Below are positions 44,031-57,613 of a stretch of DNA of 64,000 nucleotides, piece after piece; position 1 is the first letter of the stretch; each line of letters starts with the position of its first letter. The notes under the pieces are model-generated. The model had not been told where the DNA came from. It was given only the letters and a program-made list of their open reading frames with translations, and did not search any database. The stretch lies in the NCBI RefSeq assembly GCF_009914755.1, contig NC_060937.1. The stretch is one strand, 5' to 3'. Source of the stretch: the human T2T-CHM13v2.0 reference genome, Homo sapiens. Position numbers and translations under genes: made by a program.

Positions 44031-45740
44031 ATAGATTGATTGATTGATAGATAAAGATAAAAACACTTTCTCAAACATTCAATTTCTTTGTTAGCTTGCA
44101 TCATTTTCAGAAACATAATCTATTCAACCTGCAGTAAAAGTTATTCTCTCTCTTATAAAAGTATGGTTTTATTTGTTAATGTATGTATTCTTTTAAAATA
44201 TAATGCCAAGTTCCTGCTCTCTGCAAGGCATTGAACTGTCTATGTACAGCACTGGAAAATAAAATAAAACCCACAAGATGGGAAACTATTTTCTTAATGG
44301 TAATTGTTTCAGATGATGAGTTTTGGTGCACCAAAGCCCAATTACATTTCTGTTTCTTCTTAAGTAAACAAAAACTACTGAAGAATGCTGATATTAAAAA
44401 AATCATTAAGAAACTCTGTAGTTTTCCAATTGAACTCTTTACTATAGAGCCATACTGGTTTATTTGCATATTTTATAATGAAAAAGAAGAATGACAACCA
44501 AAAAGAAAGAATTATTTTAATCATGATACAAAACTGAAATACTAGAACATTGTAAATAAACTATTTTTTGAAATATAAGTAAAAATCATATATAGTAAAT
44601 ATATCAAAAGGCATTTCAAAAACATGAATACTAGTTATTATCAATGCATATTATAAATCATTATTTTTCTTTACTTAGTTTTATAATATTAAAGTTCAAT
44701 AAGGGAGTACAAGTGGAAAATTTACTATATAATATTGAATAATTATTACTGATTTTAGACTCAACTTTTCTGCCTTGTCTTACTTTTTAATAGAGAAGAA
44801 TTGCTTATGGAGTGAATGAATATACATTTTTGTTTAAATACTATAAATTTAGTGAAAATATATGATGTACTATAATGTGTTTGATATGAGAGGTTCTCAG
44901 TGACATCTTAAGCACCATCCCATTAAGAGACCAATTATTATTATTATCATTATTATTGCTTGGTGGTGGTTTTTCATATTCTTTAGTGTAAATTTTTGCA
45001 GCACAGAAGTTAAATCATGTTGCTACAGGTATGGTGCATTTAATTGGTGGATTTATCATTCAATATGTGAAAAGGTAATCCATAATTTAACTATAATATT
45101 TGAATAACTCTTTATTTATATATTATTTTTTAAATGTCCTGATTAATAAATTTTTACTTTTCTTTGTTTCTTAAAGCAATTCCGATGGGAGTGTTTTTTT
45201 ACCATGATGTGTAATGGTGAATGAAGAGAAGCATTTATAATCAACACTAATTTCATAGACATAATAATTTCTTTTTGCTTCTCACTGCAAAATTTATATA
45301 GTAAAATCTAGTTATGCTAAAAATATCTGGCTAGCTCTCTTTTAATGCTTAAAAGAAAATATAATCAAAATCAACAGGAAGTTACAAATCTAAAATGACC
45401 CATTATGTATTAGAAAATATATTTTCTTTCACACATAAAAGGTATCTTTCTTGGCATTGTCCTAAAGCAACTGAGTAGTTTGGAGCCAGAAACAAATTGA
45501 ATCTGTAACCAATGCAGGCACGTACAATATATGTGACCTTGAACAAGTCTCATTATTGTTAGTGTTCTTTAGGATTTTTAAAGCAACCAAATAATACAAC
45601 TTTGAAAAGCAAATGTTTTGATATTGTTTTTGCTTTAAAAAGAAATATATATATATTCTTTTTATATATATTTATTCTCTCTCTTACAAAAGAATACTCT
45701 CTTTCTCTCTCTCTCTCTACCTCTCTCTCTCTATATATAT

Positions 45741-46763
45741 ATTCATATTAATTCACAATGCGGTAATATCATTCAGGTCTTTCTTACTTGGGCCATATTG
45801 TCCTTCTCCTTAGCAGTAATGTTGCCCTAGAATTTTGATGTATACAATTCCTGAAGTCTCTCTCTCTCTCTGTATATATATAATATATAATATATAATAT
45901 ATAATATATAATTATATAATATAAATTATATATAATATAGAATATATATTCCTGATATATATTCCTGATATATAATATATATAATGTATAATATATAATA
46001 TATATTCCTGAAGTCTCTCTCTATATATAATTATATATATAAATTATATATATAATATATATTATATATAATATAAATTATATATAATATAAATTATATG
46101 TAATATATAATTTATATTATATATAATATATAATATAAATTATATGTAATATATAATTTATATTATATATTATATATAATATAAATTATATGTAATATAT
46201 AATTTATATTATATATAATATATAATATAAATCATATGTAATATATAATTTATATTATATATTATATATAATATATAATTTATATTATATATTATATATA
46301 ATAATATATAATATGTATAATTATATATATAATTATAAATATATAATAATATATAATATAATATATTATATATAGAGAGACTTCAGGAATATATATTATA
46401 TATAATTATATATTATATTATATATTATATATAATATAATATATAATATATAATATTACATATACACAGAGAGAGAGTGGATTTGGAGTACAATGAGCTT
46501 ATTTATATTGACTGCTTAGTTGCTATTGATATTATAGAATAAGAATATCCAATATAAAGTACAGAGCAAACAGTCTTCCAGATAATGGAAGAATAGCTAA
46601 TGATCATTATGGAAAATTATCTAAAGCTATTATTTAATGGTTTTAGACTTCAGGAATTGTATACATCAAAATTCTAGGGCAACATTACTGCTAAGGAGAA
46701 GGACAATATGGCCCAAGTAAGGAAGATCTGAATGATATTACAGCATTGTGAATGAATATGAAT
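45741..46763. repeat. 119-bp inverted repeat (45741-45859 / 46645-46763) enclosing a palindromic AT-rich tract
   Basis: Arms are reverse complements with 4 mismatches; ~45875-46460 is near-pure A/T with internal ttcctgaagtctctct / agagagacttcaggaa inverted copies. Confidence 0.95.
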
Positions 46764-47033
46764 GGGTGAGTTAGTGTTAAAGATGATGCTACCTGCAAGT
46801 AGCATCTTGTTCTTCTCTGTGAGGAAAAGAATCTCTGAATACCTGAAATTTTGACTTAGCATTTGCAAAATATCTCTTTTTAATTGGATCACAGTTTTGT
46901 TGTTTGTAATTATAATCTTAATGGAAGCTTTTTGATTAATTCTCTTAGTTTCAAGTCCTTATTGTGGCCTCCAAATGAGCTGGCCCCTAGCTGTTTCTCC
47001 AACATTCCCAACTATATCCCCTTTCACTGTTCC

Positions 47034-47329
47034 TTATCCTCAGCAAACTAACACAGGAACAGAAAACCAAACACTGCATGTTCTCACTCATACGTGGGAG
47101 CTCAACAATAGACCCCATGGACACAGGGAGGGGAACCCCGCAAACCAGGGTTGGGGGACTGGAAGTGAGGAGAGGGAGAGCATCAGGACAAATAGTTAAT
47201 GCATGCCGGGCTTAAAACCTAGGTGACAGGTCGTTATGTGCCACAAACCACGGTGGCACACGTAATCCTTATGTAACAAACCTTCACATTCTGCACATGT
47301 ATACCAGACCTTAAAGTTAAAAAAAAAAA
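47034..47329 (+). mobile_element. L1PA8/PA10-like 5'-truncated 3' end, inserted in L2
   Basis: ctcagcaaactaacacaggaacagaaaaccaaacactgcatgttctcactcat...gggagagcatcaggacaaatag...ctgcacatgtat...ttaaagttaaaaaaaaaa. Confidence 0.9.
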
Positions 47330-47559
47330 TGTGAATTACAGTTTTGCTTTATAGCATTTGAGGGTGTTTTGTACCTACAAATTTTCTTTTCCCCAAATAT
47401 TTACATGGTTTCTTTCTTCACCTCTTTGTTCAACCTTCAGCAAAAGACAAAAGCCTTTACTAATTGTTTTATCTAGAATAGCATGGCCTTCCTCTACACA
47501 ACCTCTTCTCTTAATTTTTACGTATCTATAACTACCTTTCAGTAAGTTACACATTTGCA

Positions 47560-47801
47560 TTAGGGAGTGTAATGAACTCCAGCTTCTGTAACAATCTACA
47601 CCGCTCCCCCACCCGCAAAAAAAAAAAAAAAAAAATCCTGGTTAAGTCCAGTAAAAGTAGATTTCTTGCTGACATTACACTTCTGACTCTTGTTAGAGGG
47701 TTCTGCTCCAAGCAGTGACTGTTGGCTCATAAATCCTTCAATTCTGTGCCCTGCCATTGCCATTTTTTAGAGCATCCTCAGCAGTAAGCCAGTAAATTAG
47801 T

Positions 47802-47854
<53 letters not shown>

Positions 47855-48030
47855 GCAGGGCTTGTCATGGCTAGGTTTAGGAGTGGCATATATCAATTCT
47901 TTCCATTAGCCAAAATCCAGTCCCATTGTAACTCCCATTGTAACTGAAAGGAAGGCTGGAAAATGTAAGTCTCTATGCTGTGTACTCAGAACAGGGAAAT
48001 GAAATTTGTGACCCTTTAACAAAGGTCGAC
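47560..48030 (-). mobile_element. MLT1J/K-like MaLR LTR containing (GA)n at 47806-47848
   Basis: ctgctccaagcagtgact...agtggcatatatcaattcttccattagccaaaatccagtc...aagggaaggctggaaaatgtaagtct. Confidence 0.6.
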
Positions 48031-48034
48031 CATA

Positions 48035-48190
48035 ACATTTATTTGTCCAAGTGTTTATGTCTCTTGAGTTACTCATGTATCTTGAGGGCAGAAACATTAT
48101 TTGGTTTGTTTCCTGCTCTATTCCCATTATCTAAAACAGAGCTTTGCACATGGCAACTGCTCAATAAATATTTGTTAAATGAAAAAATAA
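48035..48190 (+). mobile_element. L2 3' end (continues fragments at ~46960-47033 and ~47340-47560)
   Basis: cttgagggcagaaacatt...gcacatggcaactgctcaataaatatttgttaaatgaa. Confidence 0.7.
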
Positions 48191-50171
48191 ATGCTGTCTT
48201 TTATTTTTCTCCAGACTGGCCTACAGGCTGATAACATACACTAGAGCCACAAGAATCTGCTAATATTCAATATTTCTGTGCTAACTGGCACTGATAAGTA
48301 TAGTTGAAAGATAGCCGGTCTGTTTCACCCTTATGGTGAGCTCAGGTTTTTAATATGATTCATTTGGTAACATATTTGCATCAAGCTGTTTCATATGTGA
48401 AGTAACCTGACTTCCCCTAAATATTTAAATAAAACAATAGAATATTTAATTTCATATAAAATTATATTACAAAATACAGTTTAAAATTTTGATTGGAGTT
48501 TTAAACAGGAAAGTAGGCTAAATATTGCATTTAATTCATCAAAATACTGGATAATTTTTATAACATCTGCAAAGAACTTAACACTATAACTGTTCTTGAT
48601 TTCTGTAGCAATATAAGAAAGCTAGTGTCTTAATTACTATATTTTACAGAAAATAAATATGGGGCTCAGAATGTCACTTCTGTAAGATCACAAATAAGTT
48701 TTAAACTGGTCATGAACAGTTCGGTTTTAAACTGATGCTTATTCCACTGGACTAATACACACAAGCATTTATGAATAAAGCTCTCAGAATCTCCACAGCA
48801 ATTTGCTCAGAAAAATTATCAGAGTTATTGATTTTTAGGTGCATTCTTTGATACCATTGACCACAGTTTTGTAATCTATTTGCTCTAAAAAAGCATTAAT
48901 TCAAAGCTCACATGGACCCTTTTGTCTGATGGGATGAGACCTTCATGGTGGTTTATCTACCAGAAATAAGAATCAGCCAGAAAATGGAGAAGGGGAAGAA
49001 ATGTTCAACTCTACAGAGGAAGATGTAAGCTCCAAAATGTGGTTTTCAAAATTTGGGTTTAATCACTTTGTATAGTTTGGTGACCTTCTGCTCTATGAGA
49101 ACAGCAGTCTCAGAAGGCATACTCACCAAAGAGTGGTTTGGCAAGAATGTTCATTCATGTTAAATTAGAGTTCATGTTCAAGGCAAGCAATCAAATGCAA
49201 ATTTTACTGTCCATGAAGGATGTAGAAGTTCACAAAATGAACTGTAGCTCAGGGTGGGTTACAGACACAATAGGAAATTAGATCAAATTGCAAACAAAAT
49301 CCTAATATTGTAGATGAAAACAAAAATAAAATAAAGAACGGAGTACAGGTGGGATACTGCAGCATATGCCATAATGGGGCCTCTGTAAACTTGATGCTAG
49401 CACTTCAGATTACATGGCTAGGCTGCAGAATATTTTCAAGCCTTACCTGTCAGCAAGGATACAAATCTAAATACTTAGAATTTCTTGGTGCTTATTTGTC
49501 CAGGTCCTGGGCAAGGCTAAAGCCATGAGCTAATGGCTTCTGGATATCTGCTTTAGGGCAGGGAAGTTCTGAGGAAATCAGAACTAGAGGGATGACCAAT
49601 GGCAATTTTAAACATCCTAAGAGGGTGTGCTACTGGAAGGCAGGAAGATTGATAAAATTCTATAGTATTATTTTTTAGAATTTGTTTGTTCCATATTTTC
49701 AACTCCTTCGTATGTATTTTGAAGAGAGAAATATTATGACGACATATAGAAAATAAATGTTGAAAGTACATGGAACTGTTTCTTTGTTGAGAGTATGTTT
49801 GCATAACAGCTATAAAATATTAAACAATGGAAAAGTCTTTCAATTAAGAACTTTTTTTTCTATGTCATATGCCCAGAATTTTTAAATTTCAAAGTCTTAT
49901 TTGATAATAATTTAAATTTGCTTTAATACAAACTATAGTAAGATATTTATGTTTATGAATTGCCATATTGCAATGTTGTTGTAGACAGAATAAAATAAAA
50001 AACTGATAGGTCCATGCTTATTTCCTTTTTCTAAGGCAAAAGTAGATTTTAGTCATTTTGGTTTTGCATTCTTTGTTTTTTTAAATGATGTACTAGAGAA
50101 ATTTTGTCACTGTCTTGGCTATTATTTGGGAACTGCCTGGGTAACCTTGGCTATGAATCAAAATTTTTGAA

Positions 50172-50327
50172 GCTGGATACAGTGGCTCACTCCTGTAGTT
50201 TCAGTTATTTAGGAGGCAGAGACAGGAGGATGGCTTGTGCCCAGGAGTTTGAGGCTGCAATGAGCTATGATCTTGCCACTGCACTCCAGCCTGGGATACA
50301 GAGAAAGACTCCATGTCTTAAAAATAA
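50172..50327 (+). mobile_element. Free right Alu monomer (FRAM/AluJ-type)
   Basis: Single arm: ...ggaggatggcttgtgcccaggagtttgaggctgcaatgagctatgatcttgccactgcactccagcctggg...tcttaaaaataa. Confidence 0.85.
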
Positions 50328-50499
50328 TTGGAAATTTTTCATTCTTAAAAAAAATAATAATAATTGGAAATTTAATGGTTTAAATGAGTTTGATATGTTA
50401 ACATTTTGGATATTAATATTTGCTAATTTTATGTGTTATACCATCTTCCAGGGTGTGTTTGCTTACAATTTCTTTATGACATTGCCTATTGTATAAAAC

Positions 50500-51360
50500 C
50501 ATACATTTTTTGTATCCTAATTGATCTAGTTTAACTCTTCCTTAATTACTTATAATACCTCTGCTGCCCTTTATCAAGTTTTCTATATATGGTTGGTCTA
50601 ATTTAAAATGTAGTTTCTGTTGCATTGACTGATGTTTCTACCCCTCAGCAATACTGAACCATCTTCATTTTTATAATTTTATTGTATATTTCTGCTAGGA
50701 AAAGTCTTAACACTTTGGGAGATTAATCTAGGAGATGGGAGACTGTATTATCTCATTGTGTATTCCAGTCCATGAACGATAAGACTGCCTTTTATATCTT
50801 TTTATTATTTCGGAACCATCTCCTAAGAAGCTTTGTATGCCTTTTGTTAGGTTTATTCTTAGCTGTTATTGATTTTGTTATCCATTTTGAATGGGATCAT
50901 TGTCTGTAATCAAAGAGCAATATTTATTTTATTTGATAATTTTTATCTAACAAATATGATTAATATTCTTATTAACTTAAATTGCTTATATATGGGAGTT
51001 TCAGGATTTTCTATGTAGTCAATCAAGTCAATTAAAATTAAATGTTTTTATTCATTTTTATGAATTATTGTGATTTTTACATTGTTTTTGATTTTATTGC
51101 ATAGCCCAGGGCCTCTAATGAAAGTTTGAATATGCATGGTGAAAAGGGCTATTTTCTTCCTATTTTAATTTCAGTTCACTTCGATGCTAAATATACTGTT
51201 TATTTTCAATTTATGTCATTTCTTAAGTTAAAGATATTTTATTTCTTTTTCCTACATTCTCCTTAAATCACAAATTAATGTTGACATGTGTTAACTATTT
51301 TTAAGCATCTACTTGTGAGGATCATAGTTTTTCACTTTCCAATTAATTGCTCAATATAAC
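50500..51360 (-). mobile_element. Old L1ME ORF2 remnant
   Basis: ttccagtccatgaac...ttttgttaggtttattcttag...ggattttctatgtagtcaatc...ttattgcatagcccagggcctctaat. Confidence 0.6.
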
Positions 51361-52019
51361 ATATTTAATTGGTTTTCAGACTGGACCCCTTAAAAATGTT
51401 CAAAAACTTTCCAGGGACTGTACAGGCTTGAACGATTTTAAGAGAATCAATTTAAATTGTGTTTTTTCTTAATATAGATGTGTCTGAAAATAGGCACACA
51501 TTCCCCTTTCCCAATTGTTCTTCTTGCACGTAACCAAAGGAAATCTTAATTTTAATCTTTCTGGAATATAATGAGTTGACACTGGTTATAAAATACCCTA
51601 GAACAGAAAATTAGGGGGAAAATTAAACATACTTGTGTCATTTAGTCAAGGTGCCCTTAAGCCAAGAAAGACATTATGTCATTCCTCATCCTATGCATGT
51701 TTTGCTTAAGGGTGGGTAATGTGATATAGGAATGTGACATTCTGAATCCAGAAATGGTGTAACAATGTGGGAGAGATGACCACCTTCATTTAATAACCTC
51801 ATCTATTTACCTCCACTATTATTCTAAAAGAATGCTTCACTGCTAATGGAGAATCCAACAAGAGAAAAGTCCTTAAATAAAAATGAGTGCTATTTAAGTG
51901 GCATTTATTTTGTTCAGGTTAAATATTTATGGCAAGCCTTTCTACCGTATCTGTCTTTTAGAGATTATATTATGGTTTCCTACCTTTTACCCCTTTCTTG
52001 GAAAATGAATGAACATCCA

Positions 52020-52400
52020 ATGCCTTTGTCATATGGCATTGCTTTGGCTTCCATTAGAGTCACCTGAGTATTTATTGCTGGTCGCTTCACTTGGGGTTTA
52101 GCCTTCTTAGACCAATGGAATATGAAAGAAAGAAAAGTGGCAGTATAAGTGTTTCAGGCTTATGTTTTAAGAAACATCAAAAGCTTCTACTGAACTTTTT
52201 GAATGCTCACCTTCCACCATGAGAAAAACACATTGCAAAAGTGATACTGCTTCTTAAGTCTGGGTCCCAGAAGGAGAACAGGTAGAGCAGACGTAAATGG
52301 CCTAAGGCCTAGCCTACGTTCAAATAAAAACCAAGAAGGCGAACCTGAAAACACTCAACACTGAAAGAGTGAGGGCTGAACAATCATGTTATCTGTGTTA
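52020..52400 (+). mobile_element. MLT1I/J-like MaLR LTR
   Basis: accaatggaatatgaaagaa...ccaccatgagaaaaaca...ctgcttcttaagtctgggtcccagaaggagaaca..tagagcagac. Confidence 0.6.
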
Positions 52401-53829
52401 CACAAGACAGATATCTAAGATAGTGAGGAAAATTAACAACTAAAATACTTGTATTCACATGTGTATTTGTGTGATGTTTAGTAACTATGAAAAACCCTCC
52501 TTTTAATCATTGTGAATAGTGAACACTGTTCTATGTAAAATTAGGAATTACTTTTTTTGCACTTGCTATTCTCTTTGCTCTGTGAGTCAAAACAGGGCAG
52601 GCAGCTCTAGATTTTCCCATGAACACACATAGGAACACTTGAAAAAATATAACACAACATAAACCCACAAGGCATGTAGAGTTATTTTATGTGAATAAAT
52701 GTGGATAAATGTATTATGTTCCATTATTCTTTTAAAGAATAAACTCATCTTCAGTGTTATTATAAACTGTGCCTAAATTTAAGGGACAAAAATCATAACA
52801 TAGTGAATTCCTAAATGAAGATCTATTCAGTGACAGGGAGAAGCATCACACTGTGAAGAATAACAAGATTTTAAAAAAAGGCTTATGTGAAAGCTAATAT
52901 TTCTCTGCAAAGGACTTGGCTGAAATGGAACACTGAGGATTATATTTAGATACTGGTATTCTTGCACTCAGAGGATGCACAGGAGAAAATAGAAATGATT
53001 GAGACTGATGTATGTGTTATAAATTCTAGTTCCGGAATTATAAATATCCAAGGAACAACCTGGATCATATGGAAGGATAAATTTAGGGCAATCAAATATT
53101 GCTTCAGGTTTTCATTAAAATTTATTATATACATACAATACAGGAAACCTTACAAACTGTATGAGAACTCACAAAAGAATTAAAGCAGCAGGGCATATGT
53201 ATACTAAATGCTTTTGTCAACATTTATTTTTTTGAGAACTACAATCCAGGATGCATATTTCTCTAGGTTCATAGATATCCATTGAACATATTTTGTTGTC
53301 AAGGAGATTATCACAGAACCTCTTTTACAACTTTGTCTAGCAACGTCTTCAACAGAAATGAGAGAAAAAAAGATTAATTGTTTAAAGATCCAATAGCTAC
53401 TAATGCTATTTTGGAACTATGTATATATTCAGAATCATACTGGTCATTGCACTGGTCAAAACAAAGCAGTTATTAATTAAGGTAATTAAATAACATTATT
53501 GGGTTGGGGGGAAACTAGGAAAAACAGAATTGTAGGCCACAACCCTCAATTATTTAGAAATATCCCTGGGGAGAGAAAAAACAAAATGGTTGGTCACAAA
53601 GAAAAGCAAGGTAGCATTTGATAATTTATGATTGTACCTAAAATATCAGTATAAGAAATGGTGGAAAATCAGATAATGCATGGCTTAGATACAAATCTTC
53701 CTTAACTTCCTCTTCTCCTCAGCTCACACTCAAAACTAATGATTATCGAAGGCCTGAGAAGGAAATATCTCAGATCACAGGAGAGAATAGAGGGGTCTGC
53801 GACCCTCTCTCAAAAAAGAGTATAAATCT

Positions 53830-54140
<311 letters not shown>

Positions 54141-54840
54141 TCATTTTTCACTTATGAAGTTTGTGAGCAAAAGAGATAAGATTTCATGGGTCAAATTATT
54201 TTATAAGGATCCAGATGATGAAGGGGGCACAATGTTTGTTCTAGAGTCTTCCATTTAGATCAGGGTAAGATAAGAAAATGATAAAGAAAGTAGTGAGTAA
54301 GCATAAATGTATGTTTGTCAAAATCATGTTTACTGATGATTTTGATAAATACTCACCTTAAAAAACAACAAAAGAAACAGTGTGCTATTTATTTTCTGAA
54401 GGTACTGGAAAGTCAACAGTAACTTGGTATTTCTAGTGTTCTCTGGGACTTTGAAAGGACAAAGAAATAGTTCAGGTCTAATAAGAAGTTGCCAAGAAAA
54501 TTCATGGCTTCGTAATCATGAATTAATAAAATAAAGATATAAAGAAGACATATGTGATAAAAACCAACATGGTTATAGCAACCATGCTGTAATAGATCAC
54601 AATAGATGGTTGGTGAAGAAGAGGAGGCTGTCTTTGAATAGAAACACTTAGCAAATAAATGTACATGACTAAAACAAAACATTATGTAAAGGTTAAGCCA
54701 AATGTGACTCAAACTTTACAAAATTTTAAGGAAAAATTAATGATTTTAACTATATCCAGAATATATATCTTGACTAGAATAATCTTTAAACCATAAGATA
54801 AAGAACAGAAATATTTATGAGACATGAAAGTCCTGTGTCA

Positions 54841-55223
<383 letters not shown>

Positions 55224-55739
55224 CTATGTCAGTAAAGAGTTATTCAAATGAAATCAGTTTCTGACAAATATTATCTAAAAACAATAAAAACAAAGGGAGA
55301 AAGAGAATCCTTACTTCAAAAAATGTAACCTCCAAAACTTAAGAACTCAAGACAAATTAGAAAAGTGCAGGTAGGGAATATTTTTCTCAACAAGATCATA
55401 GTGAGCAGTCAGTAAACTTTTGTGAATGATTATAAGAATCACTGCAATACATCGGCAGAAATGGAATGAGAATGGAAAGCAAGGAGCAGGTACATATGAA
55501 AGATATTGTAGGGGTATGGGTACAATTATCAAAATCTGTTCATCGCCCAAATGTCATAGCATTAAAGACTAAGAATTCAACACTTATGTTTCAAGCCTTG
55601 ATAAGTAGAAACAGTACATATACCTATAAACTAGAATATATTAGAAAACCTGAAGGAGGGTTACTTTAATTTGTGCTCGTGTAAGTTGATTATCATTGTT
55701 GTTAAATGCACTGAATTTGCAAAGCTGTAGCTATAATTA

Positions 55740-55935
55740 GGTACATTATTCATTTTCTTATGAAGCCTTTATATAACATTTACGGAGAACATATTATGTA
55801 CGAAGAACCCATGTGTATATCAGAGTAGAGAAAATACTGAAGCTATGAGAGTTTAAACACTTACCAAAGGTCACAGGGTTAGCAAGGGTAGAATCAAAAC
55901 ACCTGCCTATTTGACTCTAAATCCCATGTTCTTTT
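55740..55935 (-). mobile_element. MIR fragment
   Basis: actgaagctatgagagtttaaacacttaccaaaggtcacagggttagcaag...ttgactctaaatcccatgttcttt. Confidence 0.7.
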
Positions 55936-56104
55936 CTTTAACCTAAACATATTTGGAAAATAAAGTAAAAAATAACAAAATGAGAGCAAAATGTCTACTT
56001 ATTCATTGTTTCATTTCTAAATCCTAAGCTTTTGTCCTGGCAGTCATAGAGTTAATTCAGTTTTTCAAGCAGTTATGTTTTCTGAGCCTTCAAAGCTGTA
56101 GGTG

Positions 56105-56192
56105 GAATTAGATTCAGTCAGATGTGGGTTTGAAGCTAGACTCCCTATTAACTAGGTGTGTGACCTTGAGTGAGTGCCTTAACCTCCCTGAG
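56105..56192 (+). mobile_element. MIR fragment
   Basis: agtcagatgtgggtttgaagctagactcc...actaggtgtgtgaccttgagtgagtgccttaacctccctgag. Confidence 0.75.
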
Positions 56193-57242
56193 GTTGAACA
56201 AAGCTGTTAATGAGCTCACAAAGCTGGTTGCCTAGAGTAGTCCTCACAAAGTGCAATTAGGAGAAGGAAGCAGGCCAATTAGTAATCCGAAACAGGAATT
56301 GATTCAAATACGCATCAGGAATGCATAGTGCTGGGTTATATCAATCAACCGATCGATCAGTCTGGGTTAAGAAAGGAGAAGTGACAGATAGCTTGGAGAT
56401 ATATATACTAATTCTGACTTCTTTTATATCTTAACTCCATGTCACCTCTTTTTAAAGGGCTATTCATCAGAGAAGCAATGAGCAGTTTGAAAAACTAGAG
56501 CACTAAACTCAGACGAAACAATTTAGTTTAAGATTATTATTTGCTCATTGCCAATATTATGGCTTAGATTATAAAAATAAGAACTAAGGAGATTAGATCC
56601 CCAGTACTTATTTTTTAGGAATATACTGTTGACCTTTACTGCCAGTCTTTGACTGTATCTCTGAACCCTAATTATCTACCTGTGAAATGAAAGTTAAGGA
56701 ATAAATAATATGATATGTTTTTGATATGAAAGTTCTCGAATTCTATTGCTTGAATTTTAACAAAAGTAACAGAGAAAGAAAAGAAAGCTACAAAAAATTA
56801 AAGCTATGTACATATTAAATATAAACTGTGATTGAAAAGAAAATGTCCCACATTAAGAAAATGTTTTTCAGTTAATGCATCCTGCAATCAATCATACTAT
56901 TGGATTTAAAGGGTGATTACATATAATATACACATAAGTATATAAAATATATGTATATAAATATACATAAGTATATAAAATAATATTAATTGGATAAATA
57001 TAAGAATATTTTAGTAAAATGTAAATATAAGAATATTTGAGTAAAATGTAAATTTGTAGTAGAAATGGAAGGAGTAAAAGCAACTATTGAATCCTACCAA
57101 ATAAAAAAAATAATGGAGGATTGCCGTGTTATAATTTAAATTAAAAAAATCTAAATATTACATGTAAAATAATAATATACATGCATATGACCTATCACAT
57201 TTAATTGAAAAGGAGAAAGCTTTTGTCCATTAAAAGAAGGAA

Positions 57243-57613
57243 AAACAGTAGGTCAAAGATGTAAAATTTTAGCTAAGTATTTAGTGAAATTTCAATGGGA
57301 CATTTTATGGTACTAAAAAATTGTCAGTTTCCTCATTTTTATGAGATAACTATAAGAATTAAAAAAAACAAGTGTACTGTCTTTCACCTCATTGTTTTTA
57401 TCATTTCATGAATCACAGAATGCCCAAACAGTAGGTCAAAGATGTAAAATTTTAGCTAAGTATTTAGTGAAATTTCAATGGGACATTTTATGGTACTAAA
57501 AAATTGTCAGTTTCCTCATTTTTATGAGATAACTATAAGAATTAAAAAAAACAAGTGTACTGTCTTTCACCTCATTGTTTTTATCATTTCATGAATCACA
57601 GAATGCCCAAACA
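57243..57613 (+). repeat. Perfect 183-bp tandem duplication
   Basis: 57243-57425 is identical to 57426-57608; aaaca microhomology at 57243, 57426 and 57609. Confidence 0.97.

Noticed and set aside
44176-44494. Overlapping 97-aa and 87-aa ORFs on opposite strands
   Set aside because: No recognisable domain or splice context; lengths are compatible with chance
52946-53183. Short ORF pair with protein-like look
   Set aside because: No recognised homology, AT-rich and short
56995-57053. 27-bp two-copy tandem repeat
   Set aside because: Real but ordinary slippage duplication in AT-rich DNA
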